A DNA stretch of 38,089 nt, from IMG/VR virus record IMGVR_UViG_3300043036_000032, positions 1 through 38,089 of that record; one strand, written 5' to 3'. Each line of letters begins with the position of its first letter. The first letter of the stretch is position 1. Source of the DNA: a virus. Taxonomy: Duplodnaviria; Caudoviricetes. Under the pieces are notes generated by a model that ran no database searches, was not told the origin of the DNA, and saw only the letters and a program-made list of their open reading frames with translations. The translations under genes were made by a program, and so were the position numbers. This document shows positions 23,501-32,450 of this stretch, one piece after another.

Positions 23501-25237
23501 GAGAAGACTGGTTTTGATAAAGCATTTATCAATGCTCACAAGCGTGGCATCACAGATGAAAAAGCGCTTGCTAAGGCAGAAACGTTTGCTCAAAAGGAAC
23601 TAGCAACTATCATTGAAGAGCGTGCAGCTTCACAGGTCCTTGCCTATGTGGATAATCCACTGGTACAAAGCCAGTTGGCTTTCTCTGGACGTAACTTCGC
23701 ACGCTTCTATCGTGCTACTGAAGACTTCTATCGCCGTGTTTATCGCGTTGTACGCTACAACCCAGAGTCAATTGCTCGTGCATCACTAACATACGAGGGA
23801 ATTACACACTCAGGTTGGGTACAACACGACGATCAGGGTGAGCCATACTTCATTTATCCTGGTACACAGTATGTTTACAAGGCAGTTCAGTCTGTAATGG
23901 TTGCATTAGGTGTACCAGCAGAGTTTAAGGTGCCACTGCCAGTGCAGTTTGGTGCTAACTTGAAGATGATTACACCATCTTTGAATCCAGACTCTGCAAT
24001 TCCTACCCTTGCTGGTCCACTATCAGGTGTATCTATCAAGGTTCTATCTAATGTTGTGGATATCTTTAACCCAGGTGCTGCAGATACCATCACAACTGCG
24101 CTTTTGGGTAAGTATGCAGAAGACCAACCAATGGTTTCAGCGTTCTTGCCAGCACACGTTAACCGTATCTATGCAGCAATGAACACAGATGAGCGCGATG
24201 GTCAATATGCCAGCGCATCTCGTAAGGCTATGACTTATCTTGAGGCATCTGGTCACGGATTGAAGCAGAAGTTTGCAGAAGATGGAACTCCAATTCCATT
24301 TACTGCTAAAGAACTTGAAGATTACCGCGTTAAACTTAAGAACACCACACTGGGTATCCTAGGTATGCGTGTTATCTACGGTTTCGTAGCACCTGCTACA
24401 CCTTCTGTACAGCTCAAGTCTGATATGGCTGACTGGGTACGCGGTAACGGTGAGGCAAACTTTAAGCAAGTTTGGTACGGTCTTCTTGATAAGACTGGTG
24501 ACTATGACACAGCAATGGCTGAGTGGGTTAAGTACTTCCCAGATCAAATGCCGTTTACTATCTCTGAATCAGACCGTTCAACTGTTGCGTACTTCCGTTA
24601 CGCACAAGAGTCTGGTGACTTTGTAGATAGTAACCAAGAGTTGTTCAAGGAGTTCAAGCAAGGTGCAACCTTCTTGATTCCTCACAAGGCCGGTTACTCT
24701 TGGGATGCGTACAAGACTATGACTGATATGGGACTTCGCAAGAACAAGACAGTTACAGACTTCCTTCGTGAAGTACAGACCGCTTCAGATATGCAGGTCT
24801 ATTATGAGAAGAAGAACGCATACGAGGCAAACCTTGAGTCTGTTGCAACTGACTTTGAACGTACTCAACTTCGTAAAGAGTTTACAGATTGGGCAACAAT
24901 CTACAAGGCTGGGCGTCCATTAGTTCAAGAAGAACTATCTCAGGGCAGCCAAAAGGCTATTGAGCGTATGAATGCCTATAATGATTTATCAGCAATGCTT
25001 AAGTCAAAGACAGCAGACAAGGCAGCTCCTGGAACTGTTCAGGCTCTACGCAAGATGGTAGATCTTTACGAGAGTTACAAGAACTCAAAGAAGGACCTAG
25101 ACCAATTTGGCGGTAGCCGATTCTTGTCACAGATGAACAAAGATGAAACCATTATCAAAATGCGAGAACTTTCACAATACAATGAAAACACCGTGAGTGC
25201 TTACAACGTACTCTTTGGTAGATTGCTAGGAGACTAA
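20549..25237 (+). CDS. large internal virion (ejection-type) protein
   Basis: 1562 aa, mostly helical, without tape-measure periodicity, in the head gene region. Confidence 0.6.
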   Translation: MADLNAAASAAGLTPAEKKAMQDLSKTLATHRELSNLPQNVAQQAFASKTPAQQAALVKTAGQEDPAKKANRGWLGTAWHYTLGGAFALAQEASDLATRVARTGLISIDQGVSPFGKGNAWDIASDKGDNVFSPTRIDTAKRQYGDDRINVAMRVSKGDKLSDILATGTDAEKAIASAVQQNKDTLWNDALDTVSAAKYSPGRFIANAVDSLTPGDLIKNGFMYKAISGAVDAAYRVYADPLLGLGKAKKMVDIKNYSLAVVVGSLEKGTGKVDEIFARPQVINFWDTYGAQLTKYREAKTTAERVAAKKQLEITAPEFGDAVIKSFVNIETPIKDANTAKAFFMNADQVKEMMLGQIGRKRVMIPRLDPLRQARIKTVTTANKTFNIDFMGSKFVDNLFFGGAATNDGIKETVTENRQAIVDAIKPNYDAKGMARFSTEQIQYRIDRFKAKFELIPIFENNQLDVTAKDAAKKVYQYARLVLPRNDAKLMAQAFDDAEVGLKKEIFYGLQSTIADIRGLNVTKEGQPIARALQGKADPKFAMTEMRNGVEYNPAKLPGTDEQVALILSDTSDFVTTLSVRDIDRASARSGLIQRMLGVAHSDWVDKMTSMWSFATLAGPRYALRNASEDLMVHLAIGESPFGLVKGRMLSTRLNTAKQMEKGLTKFEQAAANPLGGALRFINKKEAKAYGAAIQAADGDVAQIREIMANALNEGKMARFYEKAGLGKFNESDRAALAAQIKHGDLDNALMDFVEGSKNTFTGVDSYTRTLNFARKNKVRTEELKYNLPKNVRRAKGSRGFTEMAPLASMESQVAWAMRIGYYANDRLGGIAVANLDKEEIAVGKLFDWLMDKDNEKLVKAFRLEERNVSAEEHAQRIYDAAKQLFVKQDGTTINVDLLNKIRKYDDELGSYKISGQISLDDLPTSATDAPQYILGPQLVAVSDTGNYTTSLMEWGWDWLGNSNARFSREPMVIQEIIKIRKEFEKTGFDKAFINAHKRGITDEKALAKAETFAQKELATIIEERAASQVLAYVDNPLVQSQLAFSGRNFARFYRATEDFYRRVYRVVRYNPESIARASLTYEGITHSGWVQHDDQGEPYFIYPGTQYVYKAVQSVMVALGVPAEFKVPLPVQFGANLKMITPSLNPDSAIPTLAGPLSGVSIKVLSNVVDIFNPGAADTITTALLGKYAEDQPMVSAFLPAHVNRIYAAMNTDERDGQYASASRKAMTYLEASGHGLKQKFAEDGTPIPFTAKELEDYRVKLKNTTLGILGMRVIYGFVAPATPSVQLKSDMADWVRGNGEANFKQVWYGLLDKTGDYDTAMAEWVKYFPDQMPFTISESDRSTVAYFRYAQESGDFVDSNQELFKEFKQGATFLIPHKAGYSWDAYKTMTDMGLRKNKTVTDFLREVQTASDMQVYYEKKNAYEANLESVATDFERTQLRKEFTDWATIYKAGRPLVQEELSQGSQKAIERMNAYNDLSAMLKSKTADKAAPGTVQALRKMVDLYESYKNSKKDLDQFGGSRFLSQMNKDETIIKMRELSQYNENTVSAYNVLFGRLLGD

Positions 25238-25896
25238 TGAGTTCACCAGATCAAGCACGTGCTACGGCACAAGCAAAAGATAGAGCACGTACTGCAGCAG
25301 CAAGTAGCGCAGCAAATACTGGCACTTCTCCAGCAGGTGACTTCACTGACTTCCTTAAGATTGTAGCTAAGAGTCCTGCACTTATTACTGGTTATTCAAA
25401 GGTTCTTAAAACAGCTGGGTACTACAAGGGCAAGATAACTGGTAAGTACACACCTGCTTTACAGCAGGCGCTAACTAGAGTTGAAACAGATCGCCTATCT
25501 ATCAACGCTGTTAGCCCTATCAGCCGTGATGATTTTTTTGCTCAACTTGAACCAATAGGAGGCGGCACAGGCCAGCCTTCTGTAGTTGAAGATATCACTG
25601 CCTACACACCAGAGGCAGCAAAGATGCTGATTCAGTCTGTTATCAAAGACTCACTTGGTCGTAACGCTACAGATGCTGAGATCAAGAAGTACACATCTGG
25701 TCTTAAGAAGATTCAGCAACAGGCTGCATCTACTACTACCTACAAGACAGTAGGTGGTAAGCAGACTCGTGTGACTACACCAGGTATTAGTGAGCAACAG
25801 TATCTACTAGATCAGGTTGCTGGCACAGATGAAGGCAAGGCTAATAAGGTCCTTGGTTTCTATGAAACATTTATGAATGCGTTGGGTGGTCGCTAA
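25237..25896 (+). CDS. virion protein with peptidoglycan-binding-like motif
   Basis: LKTAGYYKGKITGKYTPALQQAL resembles PG_binding_1. Confidence 0.55.
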   Translation: MSSPDQARATAQAKDRARTAAASSAANTGTSPAGDFTDFLKIVAKSPALITGYSKVLKTAGYYKGKITGKYTPALQQALTRVETDRLSINAVSPISRDDFFAQLEPIGGGTGQPSVVEDITAYTPEAAKMLIQSVIKDSLGRNATDAEIKKYTSGLKKIQQQAASTTTYKTVGGKQTRVTTPGISEQQYLLDQVAGTDEGKANKVLGFYETFMNALGGR

Positions 25897-27434
25897 TGGC
25901 AATTGATGTCAACAAACTTATCAAGGACGCTCAAACTGCACAGAGCAATGCGCGTACAGCGGCCCAAAAAGCACAAGCTGAGGCAACCAAAAACAAAGCA
26001 TCTGCAGAAGTTAAAGCATTATCTAAGAAGCAACTTGAGTATGCTAATAGTCTAAAGCCAACTCTTACGCAGTACGAAGCAAAGTTAAAGATCTGGGCTA
26101 ATAAGATTGCTCGTGGAGATAAACTCTCTGGCGTAGAACAAAAAGAATTTGACAAGTTAGTCAAGGACTATAACTCAGTCAACAAGGCAGTTGACGCTGC
26201 CATTAAAAAGGCAAATGATATTTTAGTTCAAGCACGTCGGACTACTTCTTCAAGTGCACCAAAGCCTGGTCCTACTGGAACACCTACAGTAAAGCCTGGT
26301 CCAACTGGCACTCCACCAAAGACAGGTGCCACAGGTACTCCACCAAAAACTGGCGCAACTGGTACTCCACCAAAGACAGGTGGTAGTGGTCCTTCAGGTC
26401 CTTCAGGTCCTTCAGGTCCTTCTGGCCCATCAGGTCCATCTGGTCCATCTGGCCCCACAAAAACTCCTTCAGATCTTCAAACCCTTCTTAAGAAAACTGA
26501 ATTCTGGTATGACTTACCTGACTACTTATTTAATACCGTACCAGGCCTAGGTGACATTCTAGTCAAGGCAGTTGATGAAGGCTGGGATAATGAAAAGTTC
26601 CTTGCTGCAGCTCGTGGTACGACTTGGTGGCAGAAGAACTCTTCAAATCTACGTACTCGTATTGTTGATCGTGCTAAATATGATGAACTTCGTGCAGCCG
26701 GTGAAGACGTTAGCAAAACAGATTACGGCCTATATCTTAAGAAGCAAATTGGTGCTGTTAAAGCCAAGGCAAGAGAGATCGCTGGAGTTACTTTAACAGA
26801 TGAACAAGCACAATCTGTTGCACAAAAGATCTATGATGGTTTCCTAGATGATGACCCACTAGCAATCAATGCTCTTATTATTCCGTTCATTGGTAAGGTG
26901 TCCAGCATTGTCGGTAATGGAACTGGTACTCAGAATGTAACTGCATATAGCGGTCAGGCATTACAGAATTACCAGACTCTCCAATCAATTGCTAAGGCAA
27001 ATGGTTTTAGTTTGAAGGACATTCTGCCTAATATCTCTACAGCTGCAACTGGTGGAGATATCGAGCAGGCAGTCCTTCAGGGACTTGCAGCAGGAACTAT
27101 TGACATCAATCGTGTAGCACAAGATGCTCGTGTTCTTGCAGGACAAGGCCAGCCACAATATGTACGTAACCTTCTTAATCAAGGATATGACCTTGAGAAC
27201 GTGTACGCTCCATACAAAAATCAGATGGCTGCAGTACTTGAGATTAACCCAGATCAAATTGATCTTAACGATCCAACATTGCGTTCTGCTATTACAGATA
27301 AGGGCGATATGAACCTGTTTGATTTCAAGCGTCAACTGCGTCAAGACAATCGTTGGCAGTACACACAGAGTGCTAGAGATGAAGTATCTAGCGGAGCACT
27401 CAAGGTCCTTCAAGACTTTGGATTTACGGGGTAA
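25896..27434 (+). CDS. probable internal virion protein with Gly/Pro/Thr low-complexity linker
   Basis: N-terminal coiled coil, then PGPTGTP, PPKTGATGT and (GPS)n repeats, then a helical C-terminal domain. Confidence 0.6.
   Translation: MAIDVNKLIKDAQTAQSNARTAAQKAQAEATKNKASAEVKALSKKQLEYANSLKPTLTQYEAKLKIWANKIARGDKLSGVEQKEFDKLVKDYNSVNKAVDAAIKKANDILVQARRTTSSSAPKPGPTGTPTVKPGPTGTPPKTGATGTPPKTGATGTPPKTGGSGPSGPSGPSGPSGPSGPSGPSGPTKTPSDLQTLLKKTEFWYDLPDYLFNTVPGLGDILVKAVDEGWDNEKFLAAARGTTWWQKNSSNLRTRIVDRAKYDELRAAGEDVSKTDYGLYLKKQIGAVKAKAREIAGVTLTDEQAQSVAQKIYDGFLDDDPLAINALIIPFIGKVSSIVGNGTGTQNVTAYSGQALQNYQTLQSIAKANGFSLKDILPNISTAATGGDIEQAVLQGLAAGTIDINRVAQDARVLAGQGQPQYVRNLLNQGYDLENVYAPYKNQMAAVLEINPDQIDLNDPTLRSAITDKGDMNLFDFKRQLRQDNRWQYTQSARDEVSSGALKVLQDFGFTG
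26388..26456 (+). repeat. 9-bp tandem repeat encoding (Gly-Pro-Ser)7
   Basis: GGTCCTTCA three times exactly, then degenerate copies. Confidence 0.85.
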
Positions 27435-27437
27435 CCA

Positions 27438-29144
27438 ATGGCTAAAAAATATACAGCAGCAGAATGGAATGCACTACAAGCATCCCTACCAGTAGAAGAT
27501 CGTATGACTTATGCTGAGTACATTGGCCTATTGGAAAACTTTAAGGCAGTAGAGGCAGCAAGTGGTGTACCCGTTGCAGTACTTGTTGACGAACAAACTA
27601 AAGCTGATGGCGCTAAGACAGATAAAGCAGCGCAGAAAACTGTTACAACTACATCAGGCGTCAATACAAATACTATTGCTGGTATCAACGCAGCTTCTAA
27701 CCCTGCACAAACTTCTACAACATCAACTGCCCAGCAAACTGCAGATGATGAGTATGCAACTAAGATTGTTAAAGATGGTTTAACGCAAGCTCAACTTGAT
27801 GCCCTTGAAGGACAGAAGAGTGCAGCTGATGCAAAGAAAACAGCAGAAACTCTAACTGCTCAGGCTGCTAATGGCGGTGGTTCTGTTGTTACTACTGGCA
27901 ACAAGAGTCCTCAGCAAATTGAAGCAGATAGATTACAAGAGATAGCAAATAAGTCAAAAGCCGAAGCGGATAGATTGGCAAAAGAAGCCGCAGATAAAGC
28001 TGCTATTTCTGCAGGGTATGGCGATAAACTTAAAAAAATTAAAGAGATCCAAGATATTCTTGCTAATGGTGGCACCTTAACAGATGAGCAATACGCTCTT
28101 ATCGGCCTTAAGCCACCTAAGAAAGTTATTCCCGTAGATGGTGATACCAAAGATGGTGATACCAAAGATGGTGATGGTGTTACAAAATACACAGCAACTG
28201 ACGGTACCGTCTTTACAGATCAAGCAGCGTATGTTCAATACCAAAAGTTTCTTAGCGATAAGAAGTTAACAGCAGATGCAAATAATGCTGCCGCTGCAGC
28301 AGAGCGTCAATCAGCCTACGACTTACTGTATGCGCAGTTTTCACAGTATGGCCTTGGTTCTTTAGTAGAACCACTGCGTGGACTTATCCAATCAGGTGCA
28401 TCACCTGCTGAGTTTACTATTAAGTTGCGTGAGTCAGAAGCCTACAAGAAGCGATTTGCTGCAAATGCTCAACGTGTTGCTAAAGGACTTAAAGCAATCG
28501 GTGAAGCTGAGTACTTAGGTCTTGAGGACCAGTACCAGAACATCTTGCGTAACGCTGGACTACCAGAGTCTTACTGGAAGCGTGGCGACCTAGGCGTACA
28601 AGATGGTTTCACTAACTTCATTGCTAACGACGTATCTGCAGTTGAACTAGAAGATCGCGTATCTACAGCACAACAGCGCGTACTCTATGCTAACCCAGAG
28701 GTAAGCATTGCACTTAAAACTTTCTACCCAGATATTAGCAACGGCGATTTGCTTGCTTATGCACTAGATCCTACTAAGGGACTAGAGCAAATCAAGCGTC
28801 GCATTACTGCAGCAGAAGTTGGATCATCAGCAGTTCAGATGGGACTTGCAACAAATGTAACTGATGCTGAATACCTAGCACGCTACGGTGTCAATAAGGC
28901 AACTGCTCAGCAAGGTTACGGAACTATTGCAGGTGGACTACAACGTGGTTCACAACTTGCGTCAATGTATGGCGAGAACCCATACACACAGACAACTGCT
29001 GAAAGAGAAGTATTCAATGTTCCTGGTGCTCAAGAATCAAGAGCACAACGACAGAAACTAACTGGACTGGAAAAGGCTACCTTTGGTGGTCAAACCGGAC
29101 TAAGCCAAGGAGCACTAGCGCGTGATCGCGCTGGCGGTTTCTAA
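27438..29144 (+). CDS. probable internal virion protein
   Basis: 568 aa, Ala/Thr/Gln-rich N-terminal half and helical C-terminal half. Confidence 0.6.
   Translation: MAKKYTAAEWNALQASLPVEDRMTYAEYIGLLENFKAVEAASGVPVAVLVDEQTKADGAKTDKAAQKTVTTTSGVNTNTIAGINAASNPAQTSTTSTAQQTADDEYATKIVKDGLTQAQLDALEGQKSAADAKKTAETLTAQAANGGGSVVTTGNKSPQQIEADRLQEIANKSKAEADRLAKEAADKAAISAGYGDKLKKIKEIQDILANGGTLTDEQYALIGLKPPKKVIPVDGDTKDGDTKDGDGVTKYTATDGTVFTDQAAYVQYQKFLSDKKLTADANNAAAAAERQSAYDLLYAQFSQYGLGSLVEPLRGLIQSGASPAEFTIKLRESEAYKKRFAANAQRVAKGLKAIGEAEYLGLEDQYQNILRNAGLPESYWKRGDLGVQDGFTNFIANDVSAVELEDRVSTAQQRVLYANPEVSIALKTFYPDISNGDLLAYALDPTKGLEQIKRRITAAEVGSSAVQMGLATNVTDAEYLARYGVNKATAQQGYGTIAGGLQRGSQLASMYGENPYTQTTAEREVFNVPGAQESRAQRQKLTGLEKATFGGQTGLSQGALARDRAGGF
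28137..28175 (+). repeat. 15-bp tandem repeat (DGDTK)
   Basis: GATGGTGATACCAAA twice plus a partial third copy, in frame. Confidence 0.8.
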
Positions 29145-29270
29145 ATAAAAAGCCTGCCAATGGGATGACTGGTCCATTGGAGTGATAACAAAACCAGTAG
29201 TAGGAGCCACATAACCCGCCCCAAGGATATGTGAGGCCTATGCCAACAACTAATAGGGAGAAGGACCACT

Positions 29271-29738
29271 ATGTCCAATTACGACTACGAGGATGATGAC
29301 GACTTCACAATGGATGACTCATCTAACGACCTAGTAAAGCAACTACGCAAAGCGTCTAAGCAAAAAGACAAAGAACTAAATGAGCTTAAGGCTCAGTTTG
29401 AGTCTTTGAACAAGGCCCAACGCGAACGAGCAATAAAGGATGCCCTCGCAAGTCGCGGGGTAAACAGCAAAATTGCTTCATTTATCCCACAGGATATAGA
29501 CCCAACTGAAGAGTCTGTATCTAAATGGCTTGAAGACTATGCCGATGTATTCGGCATTGAAGTAAGCCAAACCCAGACACATAATGTAAATCCAAACGAT
29601 GCTGCAGCATATAAGCGTATGACTAACTCCGCAGACTCTGGTGTTTCACCAGAACACAACGGAGATATTATGCAAAAACTAATGAATGCTAACAGCAAAG
29701 AAGAACTGGATGATGTCATTAGATTGTCTGGACTCTAA
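29271..29738 (+). CDS. capsid scaffolding protein
   Basis: Acidic N-terminus and coiled coil, immediately upstream of the capsid gene. Confidence 0.75.
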   Translation: MSNYDYEDDDDFTMDDSSNDLVKQLRKASKQKDKELNELKAQFESLNKAQRERAIKDALASRGVNSKIASFIPQDIDPTEESVSKWLEDYADVFGIEVSQTQTHNVNPNDAAAYKRMTNSADSGVSPEHNGDIMQKLMNANSKEELDDVIRLSGL

Positions 29739-29770
29739 TCCGATCCTAAAACAGAAAGGCTAGACCATAA

Positions 29771-30949
29771 ATGGCTATCCCATCAGGTACCCCCACCACC
29801 ACGTCTAGCATCAGCAACCTCGTACAAGCAGCATACGACCAGTATGTAAGAATGGCACTACGTTCCATTCCTGTTATGCGTTCACTTGCCGATGTTAAGC
29901 CAGTGCAACAGGCAATGCCAGGATCATCAGTTGTTTTCTCAATCTACTCAGATTTGGCACAAGCTACTTCTACATTGACAGAAACATCAGATGTATCAAG
30001 CATTGCACTAGGTAACCCATCACAGGTTACAGTAACACTGAACGAATACGGTTCAGCAGTTACAACAACAAAGAAGCTAAACCTAACTTCTTTCAACGAC
30101 GTTGATTCAGCTCTTGCTGACATCATCGCGTACAACGCAGCAGATTCTATTGATAACGTTGTAGCACAGGTCCTCGCAGCAGGTACCAACGTGATCTACG
30201 CAAACGGTCCTTCAGGAACTGCTCCAACTTCATCAGCAACAGTTCTACCAGTAGATACAATGTCAGTCTCTGACATCCGTAACGCTGTAGTATCACTACG
30301 CACAAACAAGGCATTGCCTCGTATGGGCGAACTATATGCTGCATACCTACACCCACGTCAGTCAGCCGATCTTCGTGCTGAAACTGGTACAGGTGGATTC
30401 CAGGAGCTAACAAAGTACGTTGAGCGTACACCGTTCGTTGCTGGTGCAGTAGGCGTTATCGAAGGCGCTTTCATCGTTGAGACACCACGTGTTATCAATG
30501 GTCTAAAGCTAGCTACAGGTATCACACCTACAGTTGCAATCACTAACACAGCAGTGGCAACTAACGTTGCAACAATCACAACAGCAGTTGCTCACGGTCT
30601 TGGCGTAGGCCAGGTCGTAACAGTTGCTGCTGTAACAAACACAACTGTTAACGGAACATTTACAATCGCATCTGTTCCATCAACTACTACCTTCACATAC
30701 GCAGTGACTACAGCAAACGTGTCAAGCGCAGATACAGGTACAGTTACATTCACCAACAACTACCGCGCAATCGTCGCAGGTCGTGAAGCATTGGCTGAAG
30801 CACAGGCAGCAGACATCTCAACCGTTATCGGTCCAGAGATTGATGCGCTACGTCGTTTCCGCACAATCGGTTGGTACTACTTCGGAGGCTTTGCACGCCT
30901 TCGTGAAGCAGCGCTCTATCGCATTGAGTCTGCAGCAACAAACGGATAA
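29771..30949 (+). CDS. major capsid protein (HK97 fold, N4-gp56-like)
   Basis: PGSSVVF, VTVTLNEYG, YLHP, GVIEGAFIVETP and IGWYYFGG motifs; highly biased codons; follows the scaffold gene. Confidence 0.9.
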   Translation: MAIPSGTPTTTSSISNLVQAAYDQYVRMALRSIPVMRSLADVKPVQQAMPGSSVVFSIYSDLAQATSTLTETSDVSSIALGNPSQVTVTLNEYGSAVTTTKKLNLTSFNDVDSALADIIAYNAADSIDNVVAQVLAAGTNVIYANGPSGTAPTSSATVLPVDTMSVSDIRNAVVSLRTNKALPRMGELYAAYLHPRQSADLRAETGTGGFQELTKYVERTPFVAGAVGVIEGAFIVETPRVINGLKLATGITPTVAITNTAVATNVATITTAVAHGLGVGQVVTVAAVTNTTVNGTFTIASVPSTTTFTYAVTTANVSSADTGTVTFTNNYRAIVAGREALAEAQAADISTVIGPEIDALRRFRTIGWYYFGGFARLREAALYRIESAATNG

Positions 30950-30964
30950 TTCCGCTAGTGCAAC

Positions 30965-30994
30965 GGCAGGGGGTAGGGAAACCTACCCTCTGTC
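30965..30994 (+). terminator. 13-bp GNRA hairpin after the capsid gene (attenuator or mRNA stabiliser)
   Basis: GGCAGGGGGTAGG-GAAA-CCTACCCTCTGTC, without a U-tract. Confidence 0.7.
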
Positions 30995-31012
30995 ACTTAG
31001 GAAAGGTTGGAT

Positions 31013-31336
31013 ATGCCATACACACTAATGACTCCGTACCAGTGGCAAACTTGGGGCGCAGGCTACACCGAGTTTACTCCGTACTCACGTCTTGCAGGGC
31101 GTCGTTTTAATGGTGGAACTATTGATGGAGCTATTGCTCCTAGTATGACAGATATCCCACGAGGCCAAACCTTAATTGTTAATGGGACTAATGTTGTAGC
31201 AACATTGACTCCAAGCCAAGATGACTTAGCAGCAGCTAGTTATTACTTCCTTGGCGGTCACGAATATGAGATCAGCGATTACCAAGCAGCGGTGCTTACT
31301 GCTGCAGGATACGGAAGTTGGTTAACTCCAGTATGA
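31013..31336 (+). CDS. hypothetical virion-region protein
   Basis: ATG 31013 after GAAAGG; YFLGGHEY motif. Confidence 0.7.
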   Translation: MPYTLMTPYQWQTWGAGYTEFTPYSRLAGRRFNGGTIDGAIAPSMTDIPRGQTLIVNGTNVVATLTPSQDDLAAASYYFLGGHEYEISDYQAAVLTAAGYGSWLTPV

Positions 31337-31605
31337 GTTTACATAGACGCACAACGCACCTTGAGTATGTCGAAGGATGCTTCGGTTGCAAAGTAGGAGA
31401 ACTAGAGTTGAGCGTAGGAGCTGCTAATCACAGAGGTATACCTACTGCTAAGCAACACGATAGGGAATTACAGTCCTATTACGATGCAACGCGACAGGGT
31501 ATAGAACCACGTTCAACAAAGAGTGCAGATATAAACGCAGCAGTTCAACTTTCCAACGAGGCCGGTAAGGCATTCGATGGAATCTCAATGACATTTAAGG
31601 AGTAG
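31333..31605 (+). CDS. hypothetical protein with H/CxxC motif
   Basis: ATGA overlap; HLEYVEGCFGCK. Confidence 0.7.
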   Translation: MSLHRRTTHLEYVEGCFGCKVGELELSVGAANHRGIPTAKQHDRELQSYYDATRQGIEPRSTKSADINAAVQLSNEAGKAFDGISMTFKE

Positions 31606-31607
31606 TA

Positions 31608-31760
31608 ATGAAGAATTCAGAAAATTCAATGATGGACGATATGGGCTTAGAAGAAGACATCAAGCCTTATCCAGCACCAGACAAGCAGTATCCAAACGCA
31701 GCAAAGTATTCATCTTATGAATCAATCCAAACAGGAGCTATGGGAAAGGCAGCAAAATAA
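31608..31760 (+). CDS. hypothetical protein (50 aa)
   Basis: Hand-translated MKNSENSMMDDMG...; AAGGAG RBS. Confidence 0.65.
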   Translation: MKNSENSMMDDMGLEEDIKPYPAPDKQYPNAAKYSSYESIQTGAMGKAAK

Positions 31761-31828
31761 TGAAGAAGAAGCCAATGGCAGGTATGTGCAAGAAGTGCGG
31801 TAAGTCAAAGAAATCTTGTAAGTGCTAA
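31760..31828 (+). CDS. 22-aa Lys/Cys-rich peptide
   Basis: MKKKPMAGMCKKCGKSKKSCKC; TAATG-coupled at both ends. Confidence 0.55.
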   Translation: MKKKPMAGMCKKCGKSKKSCKC

Positions 31829-32001
31829 TGAAGAAGGCAGCACAAAAGGCTAAAGTCGCCAAGGTAATGAAAGAATTTAAGGCAGGAACTTTGAACTCTG
31901 GTTCTAGTAAAGGCCCAGTAGTAAAGGGCAAGAAGCAAGCAATTGCTATTGCACTATCTCAGGCAAAGATGACCAAGAAGAAGATGGGTAAGAAGAAGTA
32001 G
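31828..32001 (+). CDS. small basic protein (DUF6496-like)
   Basis: KVMKEFKAGTLNSG...KQAIAIALSQA motif. Confidence 0.75.
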   Translation: MKKAAQKAKVAKVMKEFKAGTLNSGSSKGPVVKGKKQAIAIALSQAKMTKKKMGKKK

Positions 32002-32280
32002 ATGGCAAAGTCTCCAGCGTGGCAGAGAGCAGAAGGTAAGAACCCAAAGGGTGGCCTGAATGCAAAAGGTCGTGCCTCTGCCAAGGCTGCGGGTATGAAC
32101 CTAAAGCCTCCGGTTAAGAAGGCCGAAGCTGCTAAGTCTCCTAAGTCTGCAGGACGTCGTAAGTCTTTCTGTGGTCGTATGTGTGGGATGAAGGCAAAGA
32201 ACACTTCTAGTAAGACAGCTAAAGATCCGAACTCAAGAATTAACAAGTCACTTCGTGCTTGGGATTGTAGTTGCAAATGA
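32002..32280 (+). CDS. small basic phage protein (DUF6321-like)
   Basis: AWQRAEGKNPKGGLNAKGRAS...RRKSFC.RM...DPNSRINKSLRAWDC. Confidence 0.75.
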   Translation: MAKSPAWQRAEGKNPKGGLNAKGRASAKAAGMNLKPPVKKAEAAKSPKSAGRRKSFCGRMCGMKAKNTSSKTAKDPNSRINKSLRAWDCSCK

Positions 32281-32441
32281 AAAAGAAAACAGCATTCTGG
32301 GATACAAAGAATCCTAAAGAGAAGTCAAAGACATTAACGCCAGCACAAAAGGCGGCAGCAAAAGCACGGGCTAAGGCAGCAGGACGACCTTATCCAAACT
32401 TAGTAGATAACGCAGCAGCGGCTCGTAAAAAGAAGAAGTGA
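32277..32441 (+). CDS. small basic protein (54 aa)
   Basis: Hand-translated ...AKARAKAAGRPYPNLVDN...; ATGA overlap. Confidence 0.7.
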   Translation: MKKKTAFWDTKNPKEKSKTLTPAQKAAAKARAKAAGRPYPNLVDNAAAARKKKK

Positions 32442-32450
32442 GGTAGATAG

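Noticed and set aside
20549-25237. Tape measure protein or virion RNA polymerase
   Set aside because: No periodic tape-measure repeats, tail tube or chaperone genes, and no polymerase motifs were recognised.
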